A stretch of DNA of 63,865 nt, filler included, from Vicugna vicugna (GCA_013265495.1; 83 parts of 78 records of this genome joined end to end with filler, not necessarily neighbours in it), one strand, 5' to 3'; numbered from the whole stretch's first letter, positions 24,753 to 36,737 are shown. The notes: a model not told the origin generated them from the letters alone. Made by a program: numbers and translations.

Positions 24753-25108
24753 NNNNNNNNNNNNNNNNNNNNNNNNNNNNNNNNNNNNNNNNNNNNTTAA
24801 TTAATTAANNNNNNNNNNNNNNNNNNNNNNNNNNNNNNNNNNNNNNNNNNNNGGGCAAAGTGCGCATGAAAAGCCAGCGTCTCTTGTCACCATGTGTCCT
24901 AACAGGACTCCGACTAAAGGAATGCGCGGAGATTTGGGGAGGCCTTACTTTTTACCCTATTGTCAAACGTCTTTAATGCTGACTGTATTCATTCAAGATG
25001 ACACAGAGATCACCTGCAGAGCTGGAGGGAGCGGTGCTTGCTTCCTGTCTTGCCCGCCCCAGGCTCACTCATCAGACTCCTGATTCTTGCAGGCACTGCA
25101 GTGCCCGT

Positions 25109-25192
25109 GGGGGGAGCTCTGCTCTGGGGGTCTCTGCTCCAGTGGTGGGGGTCTCTGCTCCAGTTGTGGGAGCTCTGCTCCTCGGGGAGCTG
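25109..25192. repeat. Short GC-rich minisatellite (about 16-21 bp, GGGG[TA]..CTCTGCTC core)
   Basis: Four CTCTGCTC copies in 85 bp. Confidence 0.6.
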
Positions 25193-25310
25193 GGCACGGG
25201 AGTGCTCACANNNNNNNNNNNNNNNNNNNNNNNNNNNNNNNNNNNNNNNNNNNNTTAATTAATTAANNNNNNNNNNNNNNNNNNNNNNNNNNNNNNNNNN
25301 NNNNNNNNNN

Positions 25311-26240
25311 TTTTTAGAGGGGAGTTAATAAGATTTATTCATTTTATTTTTCTTCCTAAGCACGCAGTCTATCACTTGAGCTACCCCCTTCCCCTTTCAT
25401 TTCATTTTCTTAATGATGTCCTTTGTAACAAATGATTTTCATTTGATGAAGTCCATTTTATCTGTTTTGTTTTATCACTTGTGCTATTGGTATTGTATCT
25501 AGGAAGCCATAGCCTATCCTACGACCACAAAGATTTATACNNNNNNNNNNNNNNNNNNNNNNNNNNNNNNNNNNNNNNNNNNNNNNNNNNNNNNNNNNNN
25601 NNNNNNNNNNNNNNNNNNNNNNNNNNNNNNNNNNNNNNNNNNNNNNNNNNNNNNNNNNNNNNNNNNNNNNNNNNNNNNNNNNNNNNNNNNNNNNNNNNNN
25701 NNNNNNNNNNNNNNNNNNNNNNNNNNNNNNNNNNNNNNNNNNNNNNNNNNNNNNNNNNNNNNNNNNNNNNNNNNNNNNNNNNNNNNNNNNNNNNNNNNNN
25801 NNNNNNNNNNNNNNNNNNNNNNNNNNNNNNNNNNNNNNNNNNNNNNNNNNNNNNNNNNNNNNNNNNNNNNNNNNNNNNNNNNNNNNNNNNNNNNNNNNNN
25901 NNNNNNNNNNNNNNNNNNNNNNNNNNNNNNNNNNNNNNNNNNNNNNNNNNNNNNNNNNNNNNNNNNNNNNNNNNNNNNNNNNNNNNNNNNNNNNNNNNNN
26001 NNNNNNNNNNNNNNNNNNNNNNNNNNNNNNNNNNNNNNNNNNNNNNNNNNNNNNNNNNNNNNNNNNNNNNNNNNNNNNNNNNNNNNNNNNNNNNNNNNNN
26101 NNNNNNNNNNNNNNNNNNNNNNNNNNNNNNNNNNNNNNNNNNNNNNTTTTTTGGTGATACTTCAAAATATTCAGTGTACAAATCTTGTAAAATTTTGTTA
26201 AATGTATCTCTCATTTTATTTTTAATGCTGTTGTAAATGG
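25311..26240 (-). mobile_element. Truncated SINE remnant (25311-25392) followed by old L1 ORF2 fragments
   Basis: CTAAGCACGCAGTCTATCACTTGAGCTA. L1-like TTTGATGAAGTCCATTTTATC and FNKILQDLYTE segments. Confidence 0.65.
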
Positions 26241-26652
26241 AAAGGCTGAGATTCCTAAGAGTGGGAATATATATCAATTTATTTATTTCTAGGATTCCTA
26301 CACAGCAAATACCCTAGGTTTATATTTGCTACATTAATCTATCCACAATTCTTCCCACCCCCGTGTCATAAGAAACCAAGACCCAGGTTAAGCCACCTGA
26401 ACACCTATGTGGAAGTGAGAAATGAGACCTTTCGGTGGGGTTTTTGTAGATGATACTGAGAGCTTATTCAGTAAGGCTTCATCTTAATTCCTTTTAAACA
26501 ATCCTTTCAGTATATATAGTCAGATATATTAAGAAAATGCCCTTTTGATGTGNNNNNNNNNNNNNNNNNNNNNNNNNNNNNNNNNNNNNNNNNNNNTTAA
26601 TTAATTAANNNNNNNNNNNNNNNNNNNNNNNNNNNNNNNNNNNNNNNNNNNN

Positions 26653-27109
26653 GTTCAACATACAAAAGTCAATTCATGTAATATGCCATATTAATAGGAT
26701 AATGGATAAAAACTAGGATTAGAAGAGAACTTCCTCAATTTGACAGAGAATATCTATGAAAAACCTGGAGCAAAGATCATACATAATGGTGAAAGACTGA
26801 ATTAACTCCTCCCAAAATCCACATTGTACTAGAGGTTCTAGTCAAAGCAACCAGACAAAGAAAATAAAGCCTTTAGTTTAGAAAGAAAGAAATAAAACTA
26901 TTTCCATTCCAGATGACATGATATTATATATTGAANNNNNNNNNNNNNNNNNNNNNNNNGATAGAAAAGAAAAAAAAACCTATTAGAATTAATAAGCCAG
27001 TCAGACCAAAATTGTAAGACACAAATCAATATATTAAAAAAAAATCAAAATATAAAAAAAAATGTATATGTCTATACAACAGCAGTGAATAATCTAAAAA
27101 TAAAAAGAA
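26653..27109 (+). mobile_element. Old LINE-1 ORF2 (RT region) fragment
   Basis: GTTCAACATACAAAAGTCAAT, ATAATGGTGAAAGACTG, CAGATGACATGATATTATAT (DDMILY). Confidence 0.85.
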
Positions 27110-27417
27110 NNNNNNNNNNNNNNNNNNNNNNNNNNNNNNNNNNNNNNNNNNNNTTAATTAATTAANNNNNNNNNNNNNNNNNNNNNNNNNNNNNNNNNNN
27201 NNNNNNNNNGCAATTTGGGGGCATTTGGCTCCTAATAAGGGAGACACATGGGCAATGAGTGAGAGGAGAAAAAGGGATCCCTTAGCACATCCCTCTTAGA
27301 GCTTCACTGCTAAAGCAGGGGCTCATTCCTGCATCTCCACCCCCTGTGGAAGCCCCTGGGACCCAATATAGATCTGTCCATCATCACAGAGATGGACAAA
27401 GGCACACGGTGATGGTT

Positions 27418-27515
27418 GGGGGGAGGGTATAGCTCAGTGGTAAAGTGCATGCTTAGCATGCACGAAGTCCTGGGTTCAAAAACAAGTAAATAGATAAATA
27501 AACCTCATTACCACC
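27418..27515 (+). mobile_element. tRNA-derived SINE (vic-1-like, camelid type)
   Basis: GGGGAGGGTATAGCTCAGTGGTAAAGTGCATGCTTAGCATGCACGAAGTCCTGGGTTCAA with Pol III A and B boxes and an A-rich tail. Confidence 0.88.
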
Positions 27516-28655
27516 NNNNNNNNNNNNNNNNNNNNNNNNNNNNNNNNNNNNNNNNNNNNTTAATTAATTAANNNNNNNNNNNNNNNNNNNNNNNNNNNNN
27601 NNNNNNNNNNNNNNNGCACTGAAGGGGAGGGGAGGCAGCAGAGCCTGACTGGTACATACTGCACTTTCCTTTGATGAAAATGTTCTGGAATAGACGTTAA
27701 AAGGGGCTATTGTAACAGTGTCAATGTACTTAATGCCAAGTACATTTACAATTTAATCAAAAAATTAAACTTTAAAGTCACTATGTCATAGAATAAATAA
27801 TTTAGTGTATGTAATATAACAAATTTATTTTTTTTTTAAATAAGGAATTACAGGGAAGGGGAAGGACATCTCCAGTGTGGCTGCTGGCATCCGGGGCAGC
27901 TCAGCCCACGGCCCTGAAGGCACTGCGCGTGCTGGTGCTCCTTGCTGATCGGGTAGCAGCTCTAGGTGTATCCGGGGAGGACCTGGCTCTAGCACCTGAG
28001 TAACTAGGAGAACTGGGTGTGTTGTGGTCTCTGATCTAGAACTGGATAACCCTGTGGGGTCACAGCTGGGCCAAAGCACAGTGGCACCCCAGGGCCAGTG
28101 GGGGAGCTCTGGCTGAGGTTGGCTGAGGCTCTGGATGTGAGGCAGGGCAGGCGGCTGGCTGAGGTGGTAGAGGAAGTGCTAGAGCAGCTGTTCCTGATGT
28201 TTCAGGCTCTGAGATGGAGGACAGCTGTAGTGGAATTGGCGCTTGTGCGGGTGCTTTTCCTGGCTTTGAACTTAAATGAGAGCTGGGACGGGAGCAGGCT
28301 CTGGCTCTGGTTTTGGAGTTGGTATATCCCTTCNNNNNNNNNNNNNNNNNNNNNNNNNNNNNNNNNNNNNNNNNNNNTTAATTAATTAANNNNNNNNNNN
28401 NNNNNNNNNNNNNNNNNNNNNNNNNNNNNNNNNAAGGATCAAAGATCTTTTTTTAAAGAAATATAGAATGAGGAGATTTTATATATATATATTGCTGTGT
28501 TATTTCCAAGAGTCTCATATTCCACAATAGTAATGAAATTTTCTCCCCTGTAAAACCCCAAAAGGTCAGTGAGCAATTATAAGACTTCTCCTGCATATCT
28601 ACAGTATTAAATATAAAGAGTTCAAATATTTCTTTAAAACCAAGAAATTCAGTAC

Positions 28656-28869
28656 CTCATACTGCAGAGCTCTCGTTCCCACGCCACATTTTGACGTTCT
28701 AACTGTGAATTCATTTCTCTTGCTTCCAAAAGCTCTTTTTGTAGCTTGTTAACCTTATTTTCCATTTTTTTAACTTTTCCTCTAAGCAGTTCACAGTCAG
28801 ATTCTTTACATTCTATTAAGCTTCTGAATGAATGAACTGCATTCTGAATTTTCAATAAGGTACCATAAT
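28656..28869 (-). CDS. ANKRD26: ANKRD26-family (ANKRD26/ANKRD30/CCDC144-like) coiled-coil internal exon, 214 nt
   Basis: DYGTLLKIQNAVHSFRSLIECKESDCELLRGKVKKMENKVNKLQKELLEAREMNSQLERQNVAWERELCSMR versus ANKRD26 ..[59 protein letters not shown] (recalled). Acceptor ttccttatgcag, donor AG/gtact, open frame. Confidence 0.85.
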
Positions 28870-29029
28870 CTGCATAAGGAAGAAAACACAAATAGAAGTA
28901 AAATGAATGAGTAATTTTTGTGTATGAAGGACTGTGCATTTCACATTCACTCATCCATACATTGAACAGTTGGTACTGAGCATCTATTTGGTGGAAGACA
29001 TTCTTCTAAGCTCTGCAGATATTAAAAGA

Positions 29030-29278
29030 ATGACAAAGTAATATTGTGAACATTATGTAAATAAATTTGGCAATTCAGATGAAGTGGGTAAATTCCCCGA
29101 AAGAGAGAAATTACAAAAGCTCAATTAAGAAAGAACACATAAGCTAATAAGCCCTATATCTTAAAAACCAAAATGAAAGTCCTATTTAAAGACCTGACCA
29201 CAAAGAAAACTCCAGTCCCAATGGTCACACTGGTGAATTCTACCCAATATTTTAGGAAAATTTAATACCAATTGTACA
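29030..29278 (+). mobile_element. Old LINE-1 ORF2 fragment (preceded by an L2-like end at about 28940-29025)
   Basis: AATAAATTTGGCAATTCAGATGAAGTGG, AAAACTCCAGTCCCAATGGTCACACTGGTGAATTCTACC. Confidence 0.75.
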
Positions 29279-29378
29279 NNNNNNNNNNNNNNNNNNNNNN
29301 NNNNNNNNNNNNNNNNNNNNNNTTAATTAATTAANNNNNNNNNNNNNNNNNNNNNNNNNNNNNNNNNNNNNNNNNNNN

Positions 29379-29995
29379 ACGCCTAAGACCCCTGGGACGG
29401 GCGCCTGCGGCGAACAGGAGGGGCAGGAGGTCGCGCGGCCTCAGCCCGTCCTGCCGACCCCGGGGCGCTGAGGTGGCTCGCACGCCCCCGCCGGGCGCCG
29501 CGGATCCGCTGAAGAGGATCAAAAGGCGGCTGTCAGTGACACTCCGGGGCGGCCGAGGTGTAGACAAGACCAGTGGTGCCCCTGAACAGACTGGCCTGGG
29601 TGAGAGCGGCGGCGGCGGCGGCGGTGACCTTGGAGAGGCCCCCACACGAGCTGCCCCTGGGGAGCCCCGCTCTTATGACGCGGCCCGCCCAGCTCAGCAC
29701 CAGAGGCTGTACACGAGGACTGGAAGGTGGGGTCGGCCGGGGAGAAGGGGCAGGCTTCCGCCGAGCCCTCACGTGAGGGGCAGGCACCAGGGAGGGTGCG
29801 CATGCGCAACCCCACCGCCACCCCCGTGCAAGATCTCCACGGAAGATGTCAACAAGCGCCCATCACTAGCAGCCCCCATCCGGCTGCCCGATGGCTCCCT
29901 TGAGAAGTTGACTCCAATATCCCCGTCTTTGACAAGCCCCTCGGCTGCCGCCTCCGCCCTGTCAGCCTGCCTGAGATCGACTTTGGGAAACTGGA
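29379..29995 (+). pseudogene. CDK16: CDK16 (PCTAIRE1) processed pseudogene, 5' part
   Basis: KRIKRRLSVTLRGGRGVDKTSGAPEQTGLGESGGGGGGDLGEAPTRAAPGE ... [25 protein letters not shown] ... DFGKL matches the CDK16 N-terminus with no introns. The start ATG is replaced by GCG (29500) and there are several frameshifts. Confidence 0.93.
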
Positions 29996-30095
29996 NNNNN
30001 NNNNNNNNNNNNNNNNNNNNNNNNNNNNNNNNNNNNNNNTTAATTAATTAANNNNNNNNNNNNNNNNNNNNNNNNNNNNNNNNNNNNNNNNNNNN

Positions 30096-30706
30096 CTTGT
30101 TGGGAACACAAAGTTTCTCTTCAGTTGCAGACTCCAACCCTCACATATATATGGGGAGGTACCAGCTCCAACTCGGTTTTACTGTGAAAACTGCAGGAAC
30201 TTCAAACCGGCACTAGGAAACAGACTGAGAAACCAGAGTAAGTGTTTCTCCTGCAACCTGCTCCTTTTGTGCTAGATGAACGAACGTCTCTCCACATGCT
30301 CAGTTTTGAGAGTTAAGCGTGTGTGAAAGCCATCCTTCACCTAGCTTGTTGGGAACACAAAGNNNNNNNNNNNNNNNNNNNNNNNNNNNNNNNNNNNNNN
30401 NNNNNNTTAATTAATTAANNNNNNNNNNNNNNNNNNNNNNNNNNNNNNNNNNNNNNNNNNNNCATACATATATATGGGGAGGTACAAGCTCCAACTCGGT
30501 TTTACAGTGAAAACTGCAGGAACTTCAAACCGGCACTAGGAAACAGACTGAGAAACCAGAGTAAGTGTCTCGCCTGCAACCTGCTCCCTTTGTGCTAGAT
30601 GAACGAACGTCTCTCCACATGCTCAGGTTTGAGAGATATGCGTGAGTGAAAGCCGCCCTTAACCTAGCTAGTTGGGAACACAAAGTTTCTCTTCATTTGC
30701 AAACTC
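30096..30706 (-). repeat. SatC satellite (two separate fragments, 30096-30362 and 30463-30706)
   Basis: TGGGAACACAAAG at 30101 and 30350 (249 bp apart). Confidence 0.92.
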
Positions 30707-30806
30707 NNNNNNNNNNNNNNNNNNNNNNNNNNNNNNNNNNNNNNNNNNNNTTAATTAATTAANNNNNNNNNNNNNNNNNNNNNNNNNNNNNNNNNNNNNN
30801 NNNNNN

Positions 30807-31603
30807 ATATAGAATTTAGAACATGGAATGCAGAACCCAGAATTTAGAATACAAAATACAGAATACTGAATATAAATTTTAGAACATGGAATGCATAACC
30901 CAGAGTATAGAAAATACATTACGGAATACTGAATATACAATTTAGAATATAGAATGTAGAACACAGAATATAGAATATAGATTACGTAATGCAGAATATA
31001 GACTACAGAATATAGAATTTAGAACACAGAATATANNNNNNNNNNNNNNNNNNNNNNNNNNNNNNNNNNNNNNNNNNNNNNNNNNNNNNNNNNNNNNNNN
31101 NNNNNNNNNNNNNNNNNNNNNNNNNNNNNNNNNNNNNNNNNNNNNNNNNNNNNNNNNNNNNNNNNNNNNNNNNNNNNNNNNNNNNNNNNNNNNNNNNNNN
31201 NNNNNNNNNNNNNNNNNNNNNNNNNNNNNNNNNNNNNNNNNNNNNNNNNNNNNNNNNNNNNNNNNNNNNNNNNNNNNNNNNNNNNNNNNNNNNNNNNNNN
31301 NNNNNNNNNNNNNNNNNNNNNNNNNNNNNNNNNNNNNNNNNNNNNNNNNNNNNNNNNNNNNNNNNNNNNNNNNNNNNNNNNNNATGGAATGCAGAACACA
31401 GAATTTAGAATATAAATACAGAAAACTGAATATAGAATTTAGAATATGGAATGTACAACACACAATATAGAATATACAATAGAGAATATAGAACCCAGAA
31501 TTTAGAACTTGGAATGCAGAACACAGAATTTAGAATATAGAATAGAGAATACTGTATTTAGAATTTAGAACATTGAATGCAGAACACAGAATTTAGAATA
31601 TAG
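30807..31603 (+). repeat. SatE heptamer satellite
   Basis: AGAATAT register. Confidence 0.92.
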
Positions 31604-31703
31604 NNNNNNNNNNNNNNNNNNNNNNNNNNNNNNNNNNNNNNNNNNNNTTAATTAATTAANNNNNNNNNNNNNNNNNNNNNNNNNNNNNNNNNNNNNNNNN
31701 NNN

Positions 31704-32567
31704 AAATTCTGTGTTCTGTATTCTGTATTTTATATTCTATACTCTGTGACCTTCATTCCATGTTCTAAATTCTGGTTTCTGTATTCTCTATTCTATATTC
31801 TATATTTTTTGTTATAATTTCAATATTTTTCATTCTGTAAAGTCTGTTCTGTATTCTATATTCTATATTCAGTGTTGTACATTCTATATTCTTCATTCTA
31901 TATTCTGTATTCTGTATTCTATATTCTAACCCCTGTGTTCTACATTCCATGTTCTACATTCTGGGTTATGTATTCTTTACTCTATACTCTGTGTTCTACA
32001 TTCTATATTCTACATTCTGTATTCTTTATTCTAAATTCTGTGTTCTGAATTCCATGNNNNNNNNNNNNNNNNNNNNNNNNNNNNNNNNNNNNNNNNNNNN
32101 NNNNNNNNNNNNNNNNNNNNNNNNNNNNNNNNNNNNNNNNNNNNNNNNNNNNNNNNNNNNNNNNNNNNNNNNNNNNNNNNNNNNNNNNNNNNNNNNNNNN
32201 NNNNNNNNNNNNNNNNNNNNNNNNNNNNNNNNNNNNNNNNNNNNNNNNNNNNNNNNNNNNNNNNNNNNNNNNNNNNNNNNNNNNNNNNNNNNNNNNNNNN
32301 NNNNNNNNNNNNNNNNNNNNNNNNNNNNNNNNNNNNNNNNNNNNNNNNNNNNNNNNNNNNNNNNNNNNNNNNNNNNNNNNNNNNNNNNNNNNNNNNNNNN
32401 NNNNNNNNNNNNNNNNNNNNNNNNNNNNNNNNNNNNNNNNNNNNNNNNNNNNNNNNNNNNNNNNNNNNNNNNNNNNNNTCTGTGTTTTCTATATTCTGTA
32501 TTCTATATTCTACAATCCGTACTCTATATTCTATATTCTGTGTTATACATTCTATATTCTAAATTCT
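31704..32567 (-). repeat. SatE heptamer satellite
   Basis: ATATTCT register. Confidence 0.92.
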
Positions 32568-33551
32568 NNNNNNNNNNNNNNNNNNNNNNNNNNNNNNNNN
32601 NNNNNNNNNNNTTAATTAATTAANNNNNNNNNNNNNNNNNNNNNNNNNNNNNNNNNNNNNNNNNNNNGAACAGACAGGAGTGAGTGAAGAGTTAGGAGCA
32701 TCTCCTTATTGTGGTGGCTGCTCTCTGTCCGATGACTTGAGATTTGGGGAAGGGTTTACAAGTGTGGAGAGGGGAGATCAGGTCCTCTGTGCTCTTCCTG
32801 AGTGCCCTGGACTTATCCATTCCCCCAGCCACCTCTGGGCAGCCAAGCCTAGGAGCTGGGCCACCGGGGGTTGTGCTGATAAATAATCCACCTTCACCCC
32901 ATTTCCGGGGGGTAGGTACACCTGGTTGTAGTCTCTGGAGTCAGGTCCTTGGAGGAATTCCTCACCGAACTATGTTTTGGACCTTTTATTTTTCTCTATA
33001 ACCTCCAGCTGAAGAAGAAGATTGTTTTAGACACATGAAAGTTGAGGACGCCTACTGTCCCCTCGGAACCCAGGTGGGGCTGGGAGTNNNNNNNNNNNNN
33101 NNNNNNNNNNNNNNNNNNNNNNNNNNNNNNNTTAATTAATTAANNNNNNNNNNNNNNNNNNNNNNNNNNNNNNNNNNNNNNNNNNNNTTTCATTTCTGCC
33201 ATTTGACTTACACCATGGGGAGGGAAAGCTGCGTTGCAGTTCTTGGAGCTCACATGCCTGTTAATCCCGAATTTACTTTAACACTGTCCCTTACTTGATA
33301 CTTGATTTGAGAAAGGATGAAGAAAACCTAAAAAGATTCTAAGAGAGCATGTGATTTATACAGGGTAACTAACCAGCCACTGTTTACTATCCTAACAGGA
33401 ATCTGTAGGCATATTTCTTTTGTTTCTCTTTTTTCCTTTTTATGGGCAGCTTTAAAAAACCAAACCAAACCAACCAAACCAAATCACTGATAATTCAACA
33501 GCAGGTTCTCAATCAACCCCAAGACAGCAGCTAAACTCGGTTTAGACTTAC

Positions 33552-33838
33552 AATGCGGCTTCTGGTGGCTGGATAGAAGGATGTATCTCTATCCTGAATA
33601 TAAAAGACATTCACGCAGCTCTTCTCAAATAGGGCAATGAAAAACACTTACTCCGGCTTGATGATACTTTCATCCACTTGGAGGACTTTCATAAAACAGC
33701 TGAAATTATCAAAGACTGAGGACCAGGTTTTCAGATCATTCGGCATCAGAGGCAATTTTATGTGCAGTATCTCAGAGTATGTACAGAGCACCTCCCACAG
33801 GGCGTGTACTTTTCAAATACAAGCTTGTCATCCAAAAC
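33552..33838 (-). pseudogene. ANO6: ANO6 (TMEM16F) duplicated, unprocessed pseudo-exon, 287 nt
   Basis: VLDDKLVF/VHALWEVLCTYSEILHIKLPLMPNDLKTWSSVFDNFSCFMKVLQVDESIIKPE*VFFIALFEKS..FYIQDRD..FYPATRSRI versus ANO6 VLDDKLVFVKVHAPWEVLCTYAEIMHIKLPLKPNDLK..KVLSVDESIIKPEQEFFTAPFEK..NPATRSRI (recalled). Acceptor ctcccaatacag, donor gtaagt, 1-nt deletion near 33810, TAA at 33650-33648. Confidence 0.92.
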
Positions 33839-34030
33839 CTGTATTGGGAGAATGAAAACACAAACCAGGAAACTAACAGCACAGGTTTTTCTTACATTGC
33901 TGGTAGTTAAAGCACTTGTGCAAACACACANNNNNNNNNNNNNNNNNNNNNNNNNNNNNNNNNNNNNNNNNNNNTTAATTAATTAANNNNNNNNNNNNNN
34001 NNNNNNNNNNNNNNNNNNNNNNNNNNNNNN

Positions 34031-34925
34031 GGAATGCATAAGCTCGTCTCCCCTGAGTTTTTTCCTATTGTCTCTGTGCCATTGAATGCTAGGGGTGACT
34101 GCAGGATATCCCAGTGACCGAGGCTGCCTCCCCAAGTTCAGTGAAGGTTTTTCTCGGACTTCCCCGAACAGGGAAATCCTGTGACTGTAGAGAGCTGCGT
34201 GGAATTGTCTCTCGAGCTCCCCCACGCACTGACAACGGTTACGGAATCCTGAGCGTGGGGAGGTTCCACCAACGGTCGGCAGCGCGTGGGTTCTAACGNN
34301 NNNNNNNNNNNNNNNNNNNNNNNNNNNNNNNNNNNNNNNNNNNNNNNNNNNGTCTCTGTGCCAGGGAATGCTAGGGGTGATTGCAGGATATCCCAGTGAC
34401 CGAGGCTGCCTCCCCAAGTTCAGGGAAGGTATTTCTCGGACTTCCCCGAACAGGGAACTCCTGTGACTGAAGAGAGCTGCGTGGAGTTGTCTCTCGAGCT
34501 CCCCCACGCACTGACAACTGTTCCGAAATCCTGAGAATGTGGAGGTTCCACCATCGGTAGGTAGCGCATGGGTTCTAACGGAATGCCTAAGGTCGTCTCC
34601 CCTGAGGGTTTTCCTAATTTCTCTGTGCCAGGGAATGCTAGAGGTGATTGCAGGTTATCCCAGTGTCAGAGGCTGCCTCCCCAAGGTCAGGGAAGGTATT
34701 TCTCGGACTTCCCCGAACAGGGAACTCCTGTGACTGAAGAGAGCTGCGTGGAGTTGTCCCTCGAGCTCCCACACGCATGAGAACGGTTCCGGAATCCTGT
34801 GCGTGGGGAGGTTCCACCAACGGTCGGCAGCGCGTGGGTTCTAACGGAATGCCTAAGCTCGTCTGCCCTGAGGCTTTTAATAAAATCTCTGTGCCAGGGA
34901 ATGCTAGGGGTGATTGCAGGATATC
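34031..34925 (-). repeat. SatA satellite, more than 3 tandem monomers
   Basis: CCAGGGAATG at 34361, 34628 and 34894 (267 and 266 bp apart). Confidence 0.95.
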
Positions 34926-35025
34926 NNNNNNNNNNNNNNNNNNNNNNNNNNNNNNNNNNNNNNNNNNNNTTAATTAATTAANNNNNNNNNNNNNNNNNNN
35001 NNNNNNNNNNNNNNNNNNNNNNNNN

Positions 35026-36737
35026 GTAAAACCGAGTTGGAGCTTTTCCCTCCCCATATAGATGTATGGATTGGGGTTTGCAACTGAAAAGAATCTTGGT
35101 ATTCCCTTCAAGCCTGGTGAAGGACGGCATTCACACACACGTATCTCTCAGAACTGAGCATTTGGAGAGAGGTTCGTTCATCCAGCACAAAGGGAACGGG
35201 TTGCAGGAGAAACACATACTCTGGTTTCTCAGNNNNNNNNNNNNNNNNNNNNNNNNNNNNNNNNNNNNNNNNNNNNNNNNNNNNNNNNNNNNNNNNNNNN
35301 NNNNNNNNNNNNNNNNNNNNNNNNNNNNNNNNNNNNNNNNNNNNNNNNNNNNNNNNNNNNNNNNNNNNNNNNNNNNNNNNNNNNNNNNNNNNNNNNNNNN
35401 NNNNNNNNNNNNNNNNNNNNNNNNNNNNNNNNNNNNNNNNNNNNNNNNNNNNNNNNNNNNNNNNNNNNNNNNNNNNNNNNNNNNNNNNNNNNNNNNNNNN
35501 NNNNNNNNNNNNNNNNNNNNNNNNNNNNNNNNNNNNNNNNNNNNNNNNNNNNNNNNNNNNNNNNNNNNNNNNNNNNNNNNNNNNNCAAGAAACTTGGTGT
35601 TCCCTTCAAGCTAGGTGAAGGACGGCTTTCACACACACTTATCTCTCAGAACTGAGCATGTGGAGAGACGTTCTTTCATCCAGCACAAAGGGATAGGGTT
35701 GCAGGAGAATAACTTACTCTGGATTCTCAGTCAATTTCCTAGTGCCGGTTTGAAGTTCCTGTGTTTTGCACTGTAAAACCGAGTTGGAGCTTGTTCCTCC
35801 CCATATATATGTATGGAGTGGAGTTTGCAAGTGACAAGAAACTTTGTGTTCCCTTCAATCTAGATGAAGGACTGATTTCACACACACTTATCTCTCAGAA
35901 CTGAGCATGTGGAGAGACGTTCGTTCATCCAGCACAAAGGGAACGGGTTGCAGGAGAAACACATACTCTGGTTTCTCAGTCTGTTTCCTAGTGCCAGTTT
36001 GAAGTTCCTGCGGTTTGCACTGTAAAACCGTGTTGGAGCTTGTTCCTCCCATATATTGTATCGTTTGGAGTTGAGAACTGACAAGAAACTTGGTGTTTCT
36101 TTCAAGCTAGTTGAAGGACGGCTTTCACACACACTTATCTCTCAGAACTGAGCATGTGGAGAGACGTTCGTTCATCCAGCACAAATGGAACGGGTTGCAG
36201 GAAAAACACTTACTCTGGTTTCTCAGTCTGTTNNNNNNNNNNNNNNNNNNNNNNNNNNNNNNNNNNNNNNNNNNNNNNNNNNNNNNNNNNNNNNNNNNNN
36301 NNNNNNNNNNNNNNNNNNNNNNNNNNNNNNNNNNNNNNNNNNNNNNNNNNNNNNNNNNNNNNNNNNNNNNNNNNNNNNNNNNNNNNNNNNNNNNNNNNNN
36401 NNNNNNNNNNNNNNNNNNNNNNNNNNNNNNNNNNNNNNNNNNNNNNNNNNNNNNNNNNNNNNNNNNNNNNNNNNNNNNNNNNNNNNNNNNNNNNNNNNNN
36501 NNNNNNNNNNNNNNNNNNNNNNNNNNNNNNNNNNNNNNNNNNNNNNNNNNNNNNNNNNNNNNNNNNNNNNNNNNNNNNNNNNNNNNNNNNNNNNNNNNNN
36601 NNNNNNNNNNNNNNNNNNNNNNNNNNNNNNNNNNNNNNNNNNNNNNNNNNNNNNNNNNNNNNNNNNNNNNNNNNNNNNNNNNNTTTGCAGAACAAACACT
36701 TACTCTGGTTTCTCAGTCTGTTTCGTAGTGCCGGTTT
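35026..36737 (+). repeat. SatC satellite, tandem monomers
   Basis: ACTGAGCATG at 35651, 35900 and 36147 (249 and 247 bp apart). Confidence 0.95.

Noticed and set aside
27375..27398. 8-bp inverted repeat TGTCCATC..GATGGACA
   Set aside because: Within chance expectation and has no supporting context.
27418..27480. Possible tRNA gene
   Set aside because: A and B boxes are present, but the T-arm and acceptor stem are incomplete, an A-rich tail follows and diverged copies occur elsewhere, so it is a SINE.
29473..30051. 192-aa ORF as a functional CDK16-like protein
   Set aside because: No ATG, the middle is out of frame relative to CDK16, and it runs into a gap.
28434..33930. Apparent cluster of ANKRD26, CDK16 and ANO6 pieces with satellites
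   Set aside because: They lie on separate scaffolds joined artificially, so linkage cannot be inferred.
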